A DNA stretch of 64,000 nucleotides from positions 32,001 through 96,000 of the forward strand of contig JALGVJ010000001.1 in assembly GCA_029838195.1 (NCBI GenBank). Direction: 5' to 3'. Below the pieces are notes generated by a model that ran no database searches, was not told where the DNA came from, and saw only the letters and a list, made by a program, of their open reading frames with translations. The position numbers and the translations under genes are program-made. This document shows positions 1 through 9,754 of the stretch, in pieces (position 1 is the stretch's first letter; each line of letters opens with the position of its first letter). This stretch comes from Promethearchaeota archaeon (GTDB taxonomy: Archaea > Asgardarchaeota > Lokiarchaeia > Sigyniarchaeales > SOKP01).

Positions 1-1
1 A

Positions 2-2614
2 ATTTATGCTTGAATTTCCAGCTGAAAACCGAGTTGAATTGAACTCCGACGTATATCGCCCATCTCCGTGATTTAGCATCTCTTCTTGATATAATAAAAT
101 TGGAGAAGCACCCCATATATAAACAGAACAATGCACGTGACTGTTCTCTATCGCATCATGCCATTGATTTCCGCCATCCTCAGTATATGAAAAATTAACC
201 TCATAAGACATGTTAGTGCCCCAGAATACCTCATCATCTCCGCTATAGTATGTAAAATTTGTAATATAATTAGCAGTATTTACTAACGTTAAATTCATCC
301 ATGACTCTTGCCGAAGCGTATAATTGTACCACGGTATATTTTCTTCCAAGATGGGTTGAGCTGGATTTGAATATGACACATTAAATCTAACTTGTTGTTG
401 AGTTCCAATATCAATCGTGATATTATAATTCGTTCCTATGAGATACCAGAATTCAATCTTATCGGAGCCGTTCCAAATTCTAACAATTGCCCCTACAACG
501 CCTATTCCCCCATCCTCCACTTTAATGTGCATTTTCGACATGTTAGCTTGGACAATGGGAGTGGTTGTCTCAACCCAATGTAGGTCAATTGTCCCATTAC
601 ATCTGGAAGAGTTGCCACCTTCTACTATTATTTTTAATCCAAACACATCATATTGATTTATCGTGTTAATTTTAATCGTATCTTGAGTAGTCGTTGTAGA
701 ATAGGTCTTGCTAGCTTCATTAATCTTGTTAAAATCGCCTTTAGAATCCACGTAAAATACCTCAACGCTAGATACATTATCTTCCATGTTGTTTAAATTA
801 ATAGTTGCATTAATTATTCGAACATGACCTATTTTACTCTCATCTGATCCTTCTGCCCATATGGTTTGTTCAACACGATATTCCAATCTATTTTTGGAAT
901 ATATATTAGTTTGATTTACGTAAAACACTTGATTTCTCTTTTTATCTTCTCTCTGAATCGTTCCATTGTTGATCAAGGTATCTCGTTGAAAATAATCTTC
1001 ATTTCGATAGTACACGTCATAAGTATAATATGATTTATTAATCCACCTGAAGGTTGCTCTTCCCGTGCCGCTTTGCAACGTGATGTTTGCCAAGGGCTGG
1101 TTCTTTTGAGTATCATTGTACACTACAACATATCCATAATCTATGGTATTATTATCCCAATCAATTACATCGAAATCAATGGTCCATAAATTAAGATAAA
1201 GCTCTAATTCGGTAAAATCATATAATCGAATATTGTCCTTAGAATACACTGTTTCCGTATAGAGTCCATTCTGGGAAGTATAATTCACCATAATGTTATA
1301 AATTCCCGTTCTTGAAACGTTAGTAAAAATAACCTCTCCATTATCATCTGAAGTCCCCGTCTGATTAAGGTATGGGCGGGTTTTATTTGAGATAAATACC
1401 CGCGCATTTGGAACTCTACGACCATCTAGATCAAAACAAGTAATTTTATATTCAACATTTTCAAGATTACCAATCGATATCGTTGGCTCATTAGTAGTGT
1501 ATTTTCTAATTCGCACCCAATCATAAGTTGTATCTTGTCCATCACCTCCCCCCGTGAAATATCCTATAGAAATATACTTAATGGGTTTTTCATTATTCCA
1601 CGAAATGCCAGTAAAAGTTTTTAATGCTGTACCATTTCTCCATAGTTCTGCGGTAGCTCCATCAACAGAAGTTCCCGTTAGATACCACACATTTTCCGCA
1701 GATATCCAATTAGTACTTCCAGAGCCATAATCATAACTCCTAATTACATTCCCCGTGCCTATCCAATAATGAATTAATGGTTGACTATTCTCTCTCATGT
1801 ATAAAATGGTAGCATCTCCATTGGCATTACTACCAGCTGTAAATCTTGATGATGATATCTCAGGAATTGTTCCGGAATAACCGCTTGCTAATTCATTAAA
1901 TAAAATTTTGGTTTCTACCATGTATCCATCTGATATATTAAAGTCAAGGGGATCATTCAGCCCCAATCCTCCGGCATTTATTCTTAATTTTCCATCGGAA
2001 AGTTGGTAATCACTTAAAGAATTATACCATTTTGAATCTAAAACATCATCATTAAAATCATCAAATAAATCAAATGTGCTTGTTCCATTTGATTTGCTAA
2101 CAGCATTAGGGTTTCCAAAATACATGTAAATTTTATTCGTGCTTGTCACTGAAAGTTGAGGTATTTTTACCCAAATCGTACTGTTTCCCCCCGATATATC
2201 CATGTGTTCAATCCAATAATCAAGTTCAACATTTGAAAGGTTTGTAAAACGTATATCCTTACCCGTTTTATCAATGTACCCTAAATCATAATAGTTGGTC
2301 AAATTAATATTAATGCGTACTTGATAGTTATTTAAATTCCCGCTTGTAATTGTTATCGGTAATCTATAATGCCAATTAGCATTCCACCACTCTCCAGAAG
2401 CAGAAGAAAGTGGAACAGCATCGCGATTGATATCTTTTGTTATTACATCTTCAATATCATTAGATATATCATCCTTTTTTTCATCGATAATTAAATTAGT
2501 TGTTGATAGATTTGAGTTAGAACTTATCGCTATCAATGAAATTGTCAGTATGGAAAGTAAAAGAAGTAGATTTCTATGTTTATGCTGTTTTATTTTTTTT
2601 AAAAAAATATTCAT
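2..2614 (-). CDS. Large secreted/surface protein with N-terminal DUF2341 domain (partial, runs off window start)
   Basis: Not in the ORF track because no stop lies in the window. Manual translation from ATG 2614: MNIFLKKIKQHKHRNLLLLLSILTISLIAISS (signal/TM), then WWNANWHYRLPI...GKDIRF...LDYWIE...IWVKIP...IYMYFGNP (DUF2341 pattern). The same frame is open at the left edge (...GDGRYTSEFNSTRFSAG); the middle was not checked codon by codon. Confidence 0.8.
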   Translation of the reverse strand, partial: MNIFLKKIKQHKHRNLLLLLSILTISLIAISSNSNLSTTNLIIDEKKDDISNDIEDVITKDINRDAVPLSSASGEWWNANWHYRLPITITSGNLNNYQVRININLTNYYDLGYIDKTGKDIRFTNLSNVELDYWIEHMDISGGNSTIWVKIPQLSVTSTNKIYMYFGNPNAVSKSNGTSTFDLFDDFNDDVLDSKWYNSLSDYQLSDGKLRINAGGLGLNDPLDFNISDGYMVETKILFNELASGYSGTIPEISSSRFTAGSNANGDATILYMRENSQPLIHYWIGTGNVIRSYDYGSGSTNWISAENVWYLTGTSVDGATAELWRNGTALKTFTGISWNNEKPIKYISIGYFTGGGDGQDTTYDWVRIRKYTTNEPTISIGNLENVEYKITCFDLDGRRVPNARVFISNKTRPYLNQTGTSDDNGEVIFTNVSRTGIYNIMVNYTSQNGLYTETVYSKDNIRLYDFTELELYLNLWTIDFDVIDWDNNTIDYGYVVVYNDTQKNQPLANITLQSGTGRATFRWINKSYYTYDVYYRNEDYFQRDTLINNGTIQREDKKRNQVFYVNQTNIYSKNRLEYRVEQTIWAEGSDESKIGHVRIINATINLNNMEDNVSSVEVFYVDSKGDFNKINEASKTYSTTTTQDTIKINTINQYDVFGLKIIVEGGNSSRCNGTIDLHWVETTTPIVQANMSKMHIKVEDGGIGVVGAIVRIWNGSDKIEFWYLIGTNYNITIDIGTQQQVRFNVSYSNPAQPILEENIPWYNYTLRQESWMNLTLVNTANYITNFTYYSGDDEVFWGTNMSYEVNFSYTEDGGNQWHDAIENSHVHCSVYIWGASPILLYQEEMLNHGDGRYTSEFNSTRFSAGNSSIN

Positions 2615-2764
2615 TTGATATTACCTCTTATAACCACTTATTTTTCAAAAATTGTTATTATATCTTTTATAAAAATCATTAAATATAATATTTTGCAATA
2701 GAATGATTCTATATGATACACTCCAAAATGGAGAAGATTAATTAAAATATCCCATATTGATTCA

Positions 2765-3397
2765 TTAATGGTTTTTATTTAAATGTAAAAATATTTTTCT
2801 TTTTTTAGGATTGTTCACGTTATCTATAATGAAATTTCCCTTGAAAGAAGTAGCATCCGTGATGATTTTTCCCATTTCCTTTAAAACGTGCTCATTCTTG
2901 GGATAAAATTGTAGTACGAGATTAGAATTCTTTTTTAAGATCTCATGGAAATTTTTTATTGCTCGGGAAAAATCTTGAAAGAATTTGGATTTATTTTCTT
3001 TAAGAAGCCATTGAATGGCGGAAATGGAAATGATTCCATCAAAAACTTCGGGTCGGAAGGGAAGCGAGCATATATCGCCAACAATGGGATTCAACTCTCT
3101 AATTTTATAAAAATTCAATAATTTTTCATTTAGATCCAGAGATACCACGTTAAATCCTAAATCTTTTATAATAGCAGAAGAAAATCCGGGACCACTTCCC
3201 GCGTCTAAAATTAAAACATTTTCTTTTTCCATGTTTAATAATTCCATCGCTCGCAGGGTAATTTTTTGTTGGATTCTCATCATGCTTTTAGAGGAGGCGT
3301 ATTGATTTAGAGTTTCATCCCGAAAATAGTCTAAGGGATTCTCGTGTAAATCTTCCGGTCTTTTCTTTTTTCTCTTAAAAAGATCTTTCTTTTTCAC
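2765..3397 (-). CDS. bud23: Class I SAM methyltransferase, Bud23/WBSCR22-like (putative SSU rRNA m7G methyltransferase)
   Basis: RPE..P..YF, Y.SS..MMRIQ..IT.RA.ELL, ILDAGSGPG, LPFRP..FDGIISISAIQWL, VLQFYP.N and D..N.PKKRK.FL.L follow the Bud23 family pattern. Confidence 0.75.
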   Translation of the reverse strand: MKKKDLFKRKKKRPEDLHENPLDYFRDETLNQYASSKSMMRIQQKITLRAMELLNMEKENVLILDAGSGPGFSSAIIKDLGFNVVSLDLNEKLLNFYKIRELNPIVGDICSLPFRPEVFDGIISISAIQWLLKENKSKFFQDFSRAIKNFHEILKKNSNLVLQFYPKNEHVLKEMGKIITDATSFKGNFIIDNVNNPKKRKIFLHLNKNH

Positions 3398-3553
3398 GGG
3401 TTATATCTCCGCATCCATCCAAGACGGAGTTAAAATCTATTAATTTAGAGCGTGAGTTCCAATAAAAATAAAAAATTTTATTAAATTTTAATCCTTTTCA
3501 CTTTATAATTATTGCTGTTTTAAACTAGAACTATAAAGAAACGAGGAAGAAAA

Positions 3554-3856
3554 TTGTCTGAAAAAGAAGAGAAATTACTCATTAGAAAAGCTACCCTAAA
3601 TTTAAGGCGAAAATACGGAAGGACCAAGCAGATCGACGTGATAGAAAGAGATGCGTTCATTCCCCGACATGTAGAAGAAGAAATAAAAAAATATATTTCA
3701 AAACGAAAATCCATAACTGCCACGGAGCTCGCCATTAAATTCGACGTCCGTGTTTCCACGATCAAACTTCTACTAAATAAATACATGGAAGAAGGTTTAT
3801 TAAAATTATTAGATCCCTCCTTAAAATTAAAAATTTACGTGCCTGTTTCTCAATAA
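3554..3856 (+). CDS. rps25e: Small-subunit ribosomal protein eS25
   Basis: Basic 100 aa with winged-helix pattern ITATELAIKFDVRVSTIKLLL...EEGLLKL...KIY; TTG start. Confidence 0.75.
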   Translation: MSEKEEKLLIRKATLNLRRKYGRTKQIDVIERDAFIPRHVEEEIKKYISKRKSITATELAIKFDVRVSTIKLLLNKYMEEGLLKLLDPSLKLKIYVPVSQ

Positions 3857-4074
3857 TCGGAAGGAGCTCTAATTTCTTCCCTTATAATTATATTATTCAC
3901 CACCATTTAGGCTATTAAATAAGTTTTAACAAGAGTCAGGTTTATAAGGAGGATTCCACTTCCATGCGTGAATTTTTTCTTTAAAGCAATCTTATTTATA
4001 TTAAATCATCAATTTCTCAAGATATCGAGATAATATTGGAATGCAGCTTCGAAAGAAGGATTAAATTTTAACAA

Positions 4075-4179
4075 GCAGATGTAGCCTAGTGGTAAGACGC
4101 CAGCCTCGAGAGATTGATGATATAAACCAAGCCAGCTGGTGCGCGAAAGCGCTCGAGGGTTCGAATCCCTCCATCTGCG
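4075..4179 (+). tRNA. tRNA-Ser(CGA) with 23-nt intron at 37/38 (4111-4133)
   Basis: Acceptor GCAGATG/CATCTGC plus discriminator G; anticodon stem CCAGC/GCTGG with CT-CGA-G|intron|A; long variable arm GCGC-GAAA-GCGC; T arm GAGGG-TTCGAAT-CCCTC; CCA not encoded. Confidence 0.92.
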
Positions 4180-4210
4180 TTTTCATAATAATAAAAAGGA
4201 TCAAGGATAA

Positions 4211-5281
4211 ATGAGTGGTGGTATACTTGTTTTAGGAGAATTGCATGAGGATTTATATTATGAAAATGATTTTTTTGAATTACTCGTGGAAAGAATTGCC
4301 GATAGGGTATTTAATTTCTTGTATTATAATCCCGATGATTTCTCTCGCAAAAGACTAAAAAATATTGCGGTAAAAGCTCTTTCAAACTTACCGAAAAAAG
4401 TTAATAGCTCCTGCTATATGAAACGAGGAGGGAACGGAAATAATTCCGCCGAATGTCTTGTCGCATTGGGAGTTCCTACAAAATTAGTTTCGGTCATTGG
4501 ACGTGGTTCTGAGTGGATGATAAAGGAATTAAAGGATTTAGGAATTGATACTCGTGATATTTACCATGTAAATGAGTTAACACCGATAAGTACCATTATT
4601 AAATCGAATCTCACGACAAAAATCTTTGTCGCCCCCGAATTAAAGGAACGTATGAATTTTAAAAGTATTCCAGTCTCTATAGAAGATTTTAAAAATTATA
4701 AAATTATTTTTACCACTCCAATGGCGGAAAAATTTAAAGACATTTTAGAAAAATCTCAACAATTTGAGCTAATTACAGCTTTCAACATTGAACTGCAGAA
4801 ATTACAAACAATTAACCAGTTAAATCAACTCGTAGAACAACGACACGATATTTTATTTTTAAATTTAAAGGATGCAGAAGCCATTATTAACAAGCAATGT
4901 GAATTCACGGAATTAGATGATATTTTTAAGAGATGGGCTAGAATTAGGATTTATACCAATGGAAAAGAGGGTTCTCTTATCGCATCAGACAACACGTCTG
5001 TTTTAGAAGTACCCGCCCTTGAGGTAAAAGTAATCGATCGTACCGGAGCAGGAGACTGCTATGCTGCGGGATTCCTAGCAAAATTTTATGAATTAATCAA
5101 AAATAAGCAGCAATTAAATTCCTTACTCATGAAAGAAAATTCTAATGAATTGTTAGAAATTCTTAAAGAATGTGCATTTTTTGCTACCCATATTTCAGCA
5201 TATAAAATCTCAAGGCAAAAGCCCCCCACGAAAAAGGAAATAAATGAATTTATTGAGGCGAGAGGAGGAGACAAAATTTAA
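4211..5281 (+). CDS. PfkB/ribokinase-family carbohydrate kinase
   Basis: GGNGNNSA..L..LG and C-terminal DRTGAGDCYAAGF signature. Confidence 0.88.
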   Translation: MSGGILVLGELHEDLYYENDFFELLVERIADRVFNFLYYNPDDFSRKRLKNIAVKALSNLPKKVNSSCYMKRGGNGNNSAECLVALGVPTKLVSVIGRGSEWMIKELKDLGIDTRDIYHVNELTPISTIIKSNLTTKIFVAPELKERMNFKSIPVSIEDFKNYKIIFTTPMAEKFKDILEKSQQFELITAFNIELQKLQTINQLNQLVEQRHDILFLNLKDAEAIINKQCEFTELDDIFKRWARIRIYTNGKEGSLIASDNTSVLEVPALEVKVIDRTGAGDCYAAGFLAKFYELIKNKQQLNSLLMKENSNELLEILKECAFFATHISAYKISRQKPPTKKEINEFIEARGGDKI

Positions 5282-5286
5282 AATTT

Positions 5287-6222
5287 TTATTGGATTAATT
5301 GGAGGATGATATTCTCCATTTGAGGCTTGGCGGCTTCGATTTGATCTAATAAATTCACGGTTTTCTCTAAATCTTTTTCATCTTCTTCCACGATAAAAAG
5401 CAAATAAAAATCCAAAGCACCCATTTTTAAAACTTCCACCACGCCGGAGAATCTTTGTCCCTTTTCAAATCTATCGGAAAATTCATAAAGTTCCTTGTTT
5501 TCAGCAATAATTCTTTTTTGTACTTCAATATATATGTCGTAGATTTTTAATTTTTCTTGCAAATGTAAATGGGGTCTATAATATTCACCAATAGTAATCC
5601 CTCTTGAATCAAACAATGCAATCATTATTGCATTGTATTTCGAGCTAATTTCAGAAAATAAAGCTGAAAGCATTTCCATTCTGTCAAATAATAACGATAA
5701 TCCACTCGAAAATGCATCCATTACCGATTTTATATCATAAATGCTTGTTTCGAAGAAAAAAATATCAAATTGGCCGCTAAATTTGGTCAAGTTTTGTTTG
5801 AGAACTAACGTGTTTCTATTTAGCTCCCGATCTCGCACCAATTCAGGATCAAATTTATGAAACAAAATGGCAATGGGAACATTAGTTTGGGTTTCTTTAA
5901 AATAAAGTAATACTTGCTCCAAATAGTCTATCGATTCATTATACCTTGCATGGTCTTGAGCATCAATAACGTAAAATAACAAGTCCGTCCCCCCTAAATA
6001 TTTACCGGGATCCCTTAAATATTCCTTTCTATACTGTAATTGACCCCCAAAATCCATGCAGGTATATTCAATTCCCAAAAAATTAAATTTATCGCGTTCA
6101 ATTCTTCTTGTCGGCATTAATTCGGCAACTTCATCCTCAAAACCAAATCTCTTTGTAATTGTAGTCAAAATTGAAGTTTTTCCAGCATTATCCAAGCCCA
6201 AAAAGACAACCTTCCTACTCAA
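5287..6222 (-). CDS. Small GTPase (Arf/Rag-like) with C-terminal roadblock/longin-like domain
   Basis: G1 GLDNAGKTS, G3 DFGGQ, G4 HKFD, G5 ETSIY (HKxD/TSI is Rag/Gtr-like); ~130-aa C-terminal alpha/beta extension. Confidence 0.85.
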   Translation of the reverse strand: MSRKVVFLGLDNAGKTSILTTITKRFGFEDEVAELMPTRRIERDKFNFLGIEYTCMDFGGQLQYRKEYLRDPGKYLGGTDLLFYVIDAQDHARYNESIDYLEQVLLYFKETQTNVPIAILFHKFDPELVRDRELNRNTLVLKQNLTKFSGQFDIFFFETSIYDIKSVMDAFSSGLSLLFDRMEMLSALFSEISSKYNAIMIALFDSRGITIGEYYRPHLHLQEKLKIYDIYIEVQKRIIAENKELYEFSDRFEKGQRFSGVVEVLKMGALDFYLLFIVEEDEKDLEKTVNLLDQIEAAKPQMENIILQLIQ

Positions 6223-6467
6223 ATTTCAGCCACCAAGAATTTTTTCAACGATAAAATAGGCAAATTATTAATTATTAAATTTTAGTGATAAGGAATACTA
6301 ATAATGTAATCATGATTATTTCTAATAAATTTTGTTGTATTTAAATTTAACATGAAATCGATCTAAAAAAGTAAAAATCATTCAATGTGAATGTTATTTA
6401 AATTTAAAAAGAAGCGAGAATAAAGATTCTACTTATAGGAATGATTAAAATAATGCGTGGCTCTCAA

Positions 6468-6749
6468 TTATCCTCCAGATATGGGGATGGAAAGATAAAT
6501 TTGATCGCCATCTTTTAACTTTGTTCTATATTTTTTTAAATAATTAATGTTTTTACCGTTTAGAAGGATTAAGATATTCGAATGCAATTTCTTTTTATTT
6601 TTACTTAAAAGGCCATCATCTAATTTATCTCCGTGATCTTTTAAGAAATTTTTAATCACATCTTTTACGGTTTTTCCATCGTAATTTAAGGTTTTCTCTT
6701 TTACCTTAAGGGCAAAGATGTTTAACAAATGTAATTCTACTTTAGCCAT
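6468..6749 (-). CDS. MoaD/ThiS/SAMP ubiquitin-like sulfur carrier
   Basis: ILLNGKNI...LKDGDQIYL..PISGG with C-terminal GG. Confidence 0.9.
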   Translation of the reverse strand: MAKVELHLLNIFALKVKEKTLNYDGKTVKDVIKNFLKDHGDKLDDGLLSKNKKKLHSNILILLNGKNINYLKKYRTKLKDGDQIYLSIPISGG

Positions 6750-6883
6750 GTTCACGATCTAGAAGGTTAAATTTCTAATTAAATTTGATCCTAATCATTC
6801 AAAACTAGAAACATGGATTTTTTTATCGCTATAAGGAAATTTTTGTTGTAGATTAGAAAAATTTTTCATAATTATTAGGGTTG

Positions 6884-8119
6884 TTAGGTGTTTTTAATAT
6901 CTTTTTTTAAATTAATCTTTTTTATATCGTGTAATAGTTTTGAGAGGGAATCGTCCAATTGTAATGTATTATACAAATCCATTACTACTTCTTTATTGAA
7001 CTCTTGATTTTTTGGTTTTAAATCGCAATATTCTACTTGTAATAAATTATTTGAAATTTTTATTATCATATCTCGCAAATCGTCCTCATTATAGCCAATA
7101 TTAGGAGTAAATATGGGTAATGAATTAAAATTATAATTTAAAGCGAGAGAATTTAAATCGATAATGTTAGAACAATAACCATGGTTAGTAAATGTTAGTC
7201 CATCCGAAATAGCTTTCATCTCTTTCGGATAAGACGGTTCAACCTCTCCCAAGATTTTAGCAAGAGCATGGAATCTTAATAATCTGCAAGTGGCGCATGT
7301 ATATTTTGTAAATTGGAGGTTATCATGGATCTTTTTGAGGAGTTCCAATAAATCAACCTTGACTAAAAAAAATTTAAGAAAAGGCAAGTATTTCAGGAGC
7401 TCTTTCCAATTTTTCATGCGAGCTTGCCAAATTGCTTCCTTTTTAGTCAAGCAAAATAATACGGGATGTATTAAACAACCTCGTTTCATCATGAGAAATC
7501 CTGCTAATAAATCTTCAAGCCTTCCTACATCCATTACCATTATTTTTTTATGAGTTTCGATGGGTAAGCCTTTCCAATTACTTTCAATGATGTCAGTAAA
7601 GATATAAGAAAATTGATTTCGAATTTCAACGTGAATGGTTTTTTTGGGATTAGTTAGATTCACGCTTAAATTTTTTTGAACGGCAAATTCATCCATTATG
7701 GCTTTCCCTAAGATGTTTGCGACATCTTGCGAAGTATACTCTTGTTTACCCGCTCTTTTTACTCGAATCGCAAATGAATCGTTGGGCTCTAACACGTGTT
7801 TAGCTATTTCCAAGCATTTTGATGTAATATGGCCGAGATTATTAGATGTTCGCAAGGCGGGACTCATGGTTTGAATTCCGAAAACATTTTTTAAAACCTC
7901 AATAGCTGCCGATAAATGTTCATTTTTAAAAAAGAAAAAAATGCGGGCAGAATCGTCACTCAGCTGATATTTAGTAAAAGGAATGTTCGCATTATTTAGC
8001 ATGGATCTAATGTTTTTTATCAAAACTTTTAGCATTTTGATTTTTACTCTTTGCGATTTTAGCCAGATCTCCGAATTATAATCAATTTTTAGCACGTTAT
8101 AAAATCTTAATAACTCCAT
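6884..8119 (-). CDS. thiI: ThiI-like THUMP-domain protein with degenerate PP-loop
   Basis: Y.SEIWLKS..VK N-terminus, THUMP (SFAIRVKRAG...VNLTNP...IHVEIR), GLPI...LMMKRG, CATC; the SGGxDS motif is replaced by DVGRLED. Confidence 0.75.
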   Translation of the reverse strand: MELLRFYNVLKIDYNSEIWLKSQRVKIKMLKVLIKNIRSMLNNANIPFTKYQLSDDSARIFFFFKNEHLSAAIEVLKNVFGIQTMSPALRTSNNLGHITSKCLEIAKHVLEPNDSFAIRVKRAGKQEYTSQDVANILGKAIMDEFAVQKNLSVNLTNPKKTIHVEIRNQFSYIFTDIIESNWKGLPIETHKKIMVMDVGRLEDLLAGFLMMKRGCLIHPVLFCLTKKEAIWQARMKNWKELLKYLPFLKFFLVKVDLLELLKKIHDNLQFTKYTCATCRLLRFHALAKILGEVEPSYPKEMKAISDGLTFTNHGYCSNIIDLNSLALNYNFNSLPIFTPNIGYNEDDLRDMIIKISNNLLQVEYCDLKPKNQEFNKEVVMDLYNTLQLDDSLSKLLHDIKKINLKKDIKNT

Positions 8120-8155
8120 TTTTTCACTCGAAATAAAAATTCTGTTCAAATAATT

Positions 8156-9754
8156 TCAATTCAGACCTTCTTCATGAGATAGATTTAAATGATATTTACC
8201 AATTATATTTATCCTTTTTGATTTTAAGTCATGATCTTTAATAATAACCAAGCCTTCTTCATGAATATCAATCTCTGTTATGACTTCATTGAAATGTTCG
8301 CCTTTTAAATTTCCTCCATTCGAAAAAATCGTATTTTCTATTTTAAGATTAAAGGAGATACTTGGAGAGCTATTCAAAACGAGATTAATGGGAGAATGAG
8401 CGAATTGAGATAACGCATCTCCTGAATCTATTAATTCCGTACGCCATACTGAAAGCGGAGTGGGAATTAGATCATGAAAACAACACACGCCAACAAATTT
8501 TTCTGAATTTAAATGTAAGACCCTATCAATTACTTGATGGAGGCGTTTCCTTCCAATGAATCCGAGTTTTGAATCACTCGTAGTAGAGTTAATTCCTTGA
8601 AAATACATGGTATCCGTTTCAAATAATGGATTTAATGATCCAATATATTCTTGCCAATGTTCCCATGAAAGTGGTTTTGAATCCAAATAACCCGGAACTA
8701 CGATAAATGGCACTTTTAAAGCATCTAATTTTTTTCTAGCAAGTTGAAATTCTTTTTCAAGGCTGTTCTTGGTGAGATTACCCGCATGAATAACTAAATC
8801 AACCTCCTCTAATTTATTTATTGTCTCTATGGCCTTATCCAGAGATGTTTTTCTTTCTTTTTCCGTTGAGATCATGGAGTTAGAAATCTGTATGAACCTA
8901 AATTTTGGTTTTTCATTTGAAGAAATATGATTTAAATCATAATAATTCACCTGTCTAAGAATTTCCTTTTTATTCGTTGGCTCTAAAATGGGTAATATCC
9001 GGAATCTCAATTTATTTCCTTCCATATCAATAATACAATAAGTAAAAAGTTCTCTGTAGCGTGTTTTATAACAAGAAAATGTTCCAACATTAAAGATGTA
9101 AAGATCTTTAATTGAGCTACTAGTAGTATATAAATTTGACACGTGTCGATGTCCATTAATGACTAAATCCGAATTTGTATCAATTAACATTTGTATCATG
9201 TTTCCTGAATCATCTATAGCACTTCTTTCCTTTCCCGTAAAAGGAATGGGAATTAGTTGATGATGAAAACACGTGATTTTTATTTTATCTTCAATCTCCG
9301 GTTGTACCAAAAGATTTTTTACTGTAGCAATCGTATCATGATGAATGATTCCACTAGGTAAGTCTGGTTTCGTGCTATCAATCCCAATGATATAGAAAGT
9401 TTCATCCTCATGTTCAAAATGCCTATCCCCTATCATCTCTTCAAAGAGTAAATAGCCGACGTTAAGCGCATCATGATTTCCAATGATGAATTTTATGGGA
9501 GCGCCTGAAATCGGATTAAATTTTTTCATTTGTTCTAAGGCGAATTCATAATCCAAGAGAGTTCCGGACATGGTTAAATCTCCTAAATGAAGATATAAAG
9601 AGACATTTTTTATTTTATTGATTTTTTCCATTCCTAAATTAAATACGTGGAGATTAAAATCAGGACCAGAGCGAGTAATGTGGGTATCTGAAATTAGAAC
9701 CAGTCTTTTTGGCTTAGTTATTTTTTTATTGTTTTTTATAACTTTATCAATCAT
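8156..9754 (-). CDS. Tandem calcineurin-like metallophosphoesterase (Icc/CpdA-like; second domain degenerate)
   Basis: Domain 1: ISDTH, GDLT, GNHD, HHQ, GHRH. Domain 2: ISNS, AGNLT, PGYLD, FHD, NSSP (ligands substituted). Confidence 0.85.
   Translation of the reverse strand: MIDKVIKNNKKITKPKRLVLISDTHITRSGPDFNLHVFNLGMEKINKIKNVSLYLHLGDLTMSGTLLDYEFALEQMKKFNPISGAPIKFIIGNHDALNVGYLLFEEMIGDRHFEHEDETFYIIGIDSTKPDLPSGIIHHDTIATVKNLLVQPEIEDKIKITCFHHQLIPIPFTGKERSAIDDSGNMIQMLIDTNSDLVINGHRHVSNLYTTSSSIKDLYIFNVGTFSCYKTRYRELFTYCIIDMEGNKLRFRILPILEPTNKKEILRQVNYYDLNHISSNEKPKFRFIQISNSMISTEKERKTSLDKAIETINKLEEVDLVIHAGNLTKNSLEKEFQLARKKLDALKVPFIVVPGYLDSKPLSWEHWQEYIGSLNPLFETDTMYFQGINSTTSDSKLGFIGRKRLHQVIDRVLHLNSEKFVGVCCFHDLIPTPLSVWRTELIDSGDALSQFAHSPINLVLNSSPSISFNLKIENTIFSNGGNLKGEHFNEVITEIDIHEEGLVIIKDHDLKSKRINIIGKYHLNLSHEEGLN

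Noticed and set aside
4075-4179. tRNA-Sec candidate (long variable arm, selenoproteins in window)
   Set aside because: Anticodon is CGA, not TCA, and acceptor/T stems are canonical 7/5; it is tRNA-Ser.
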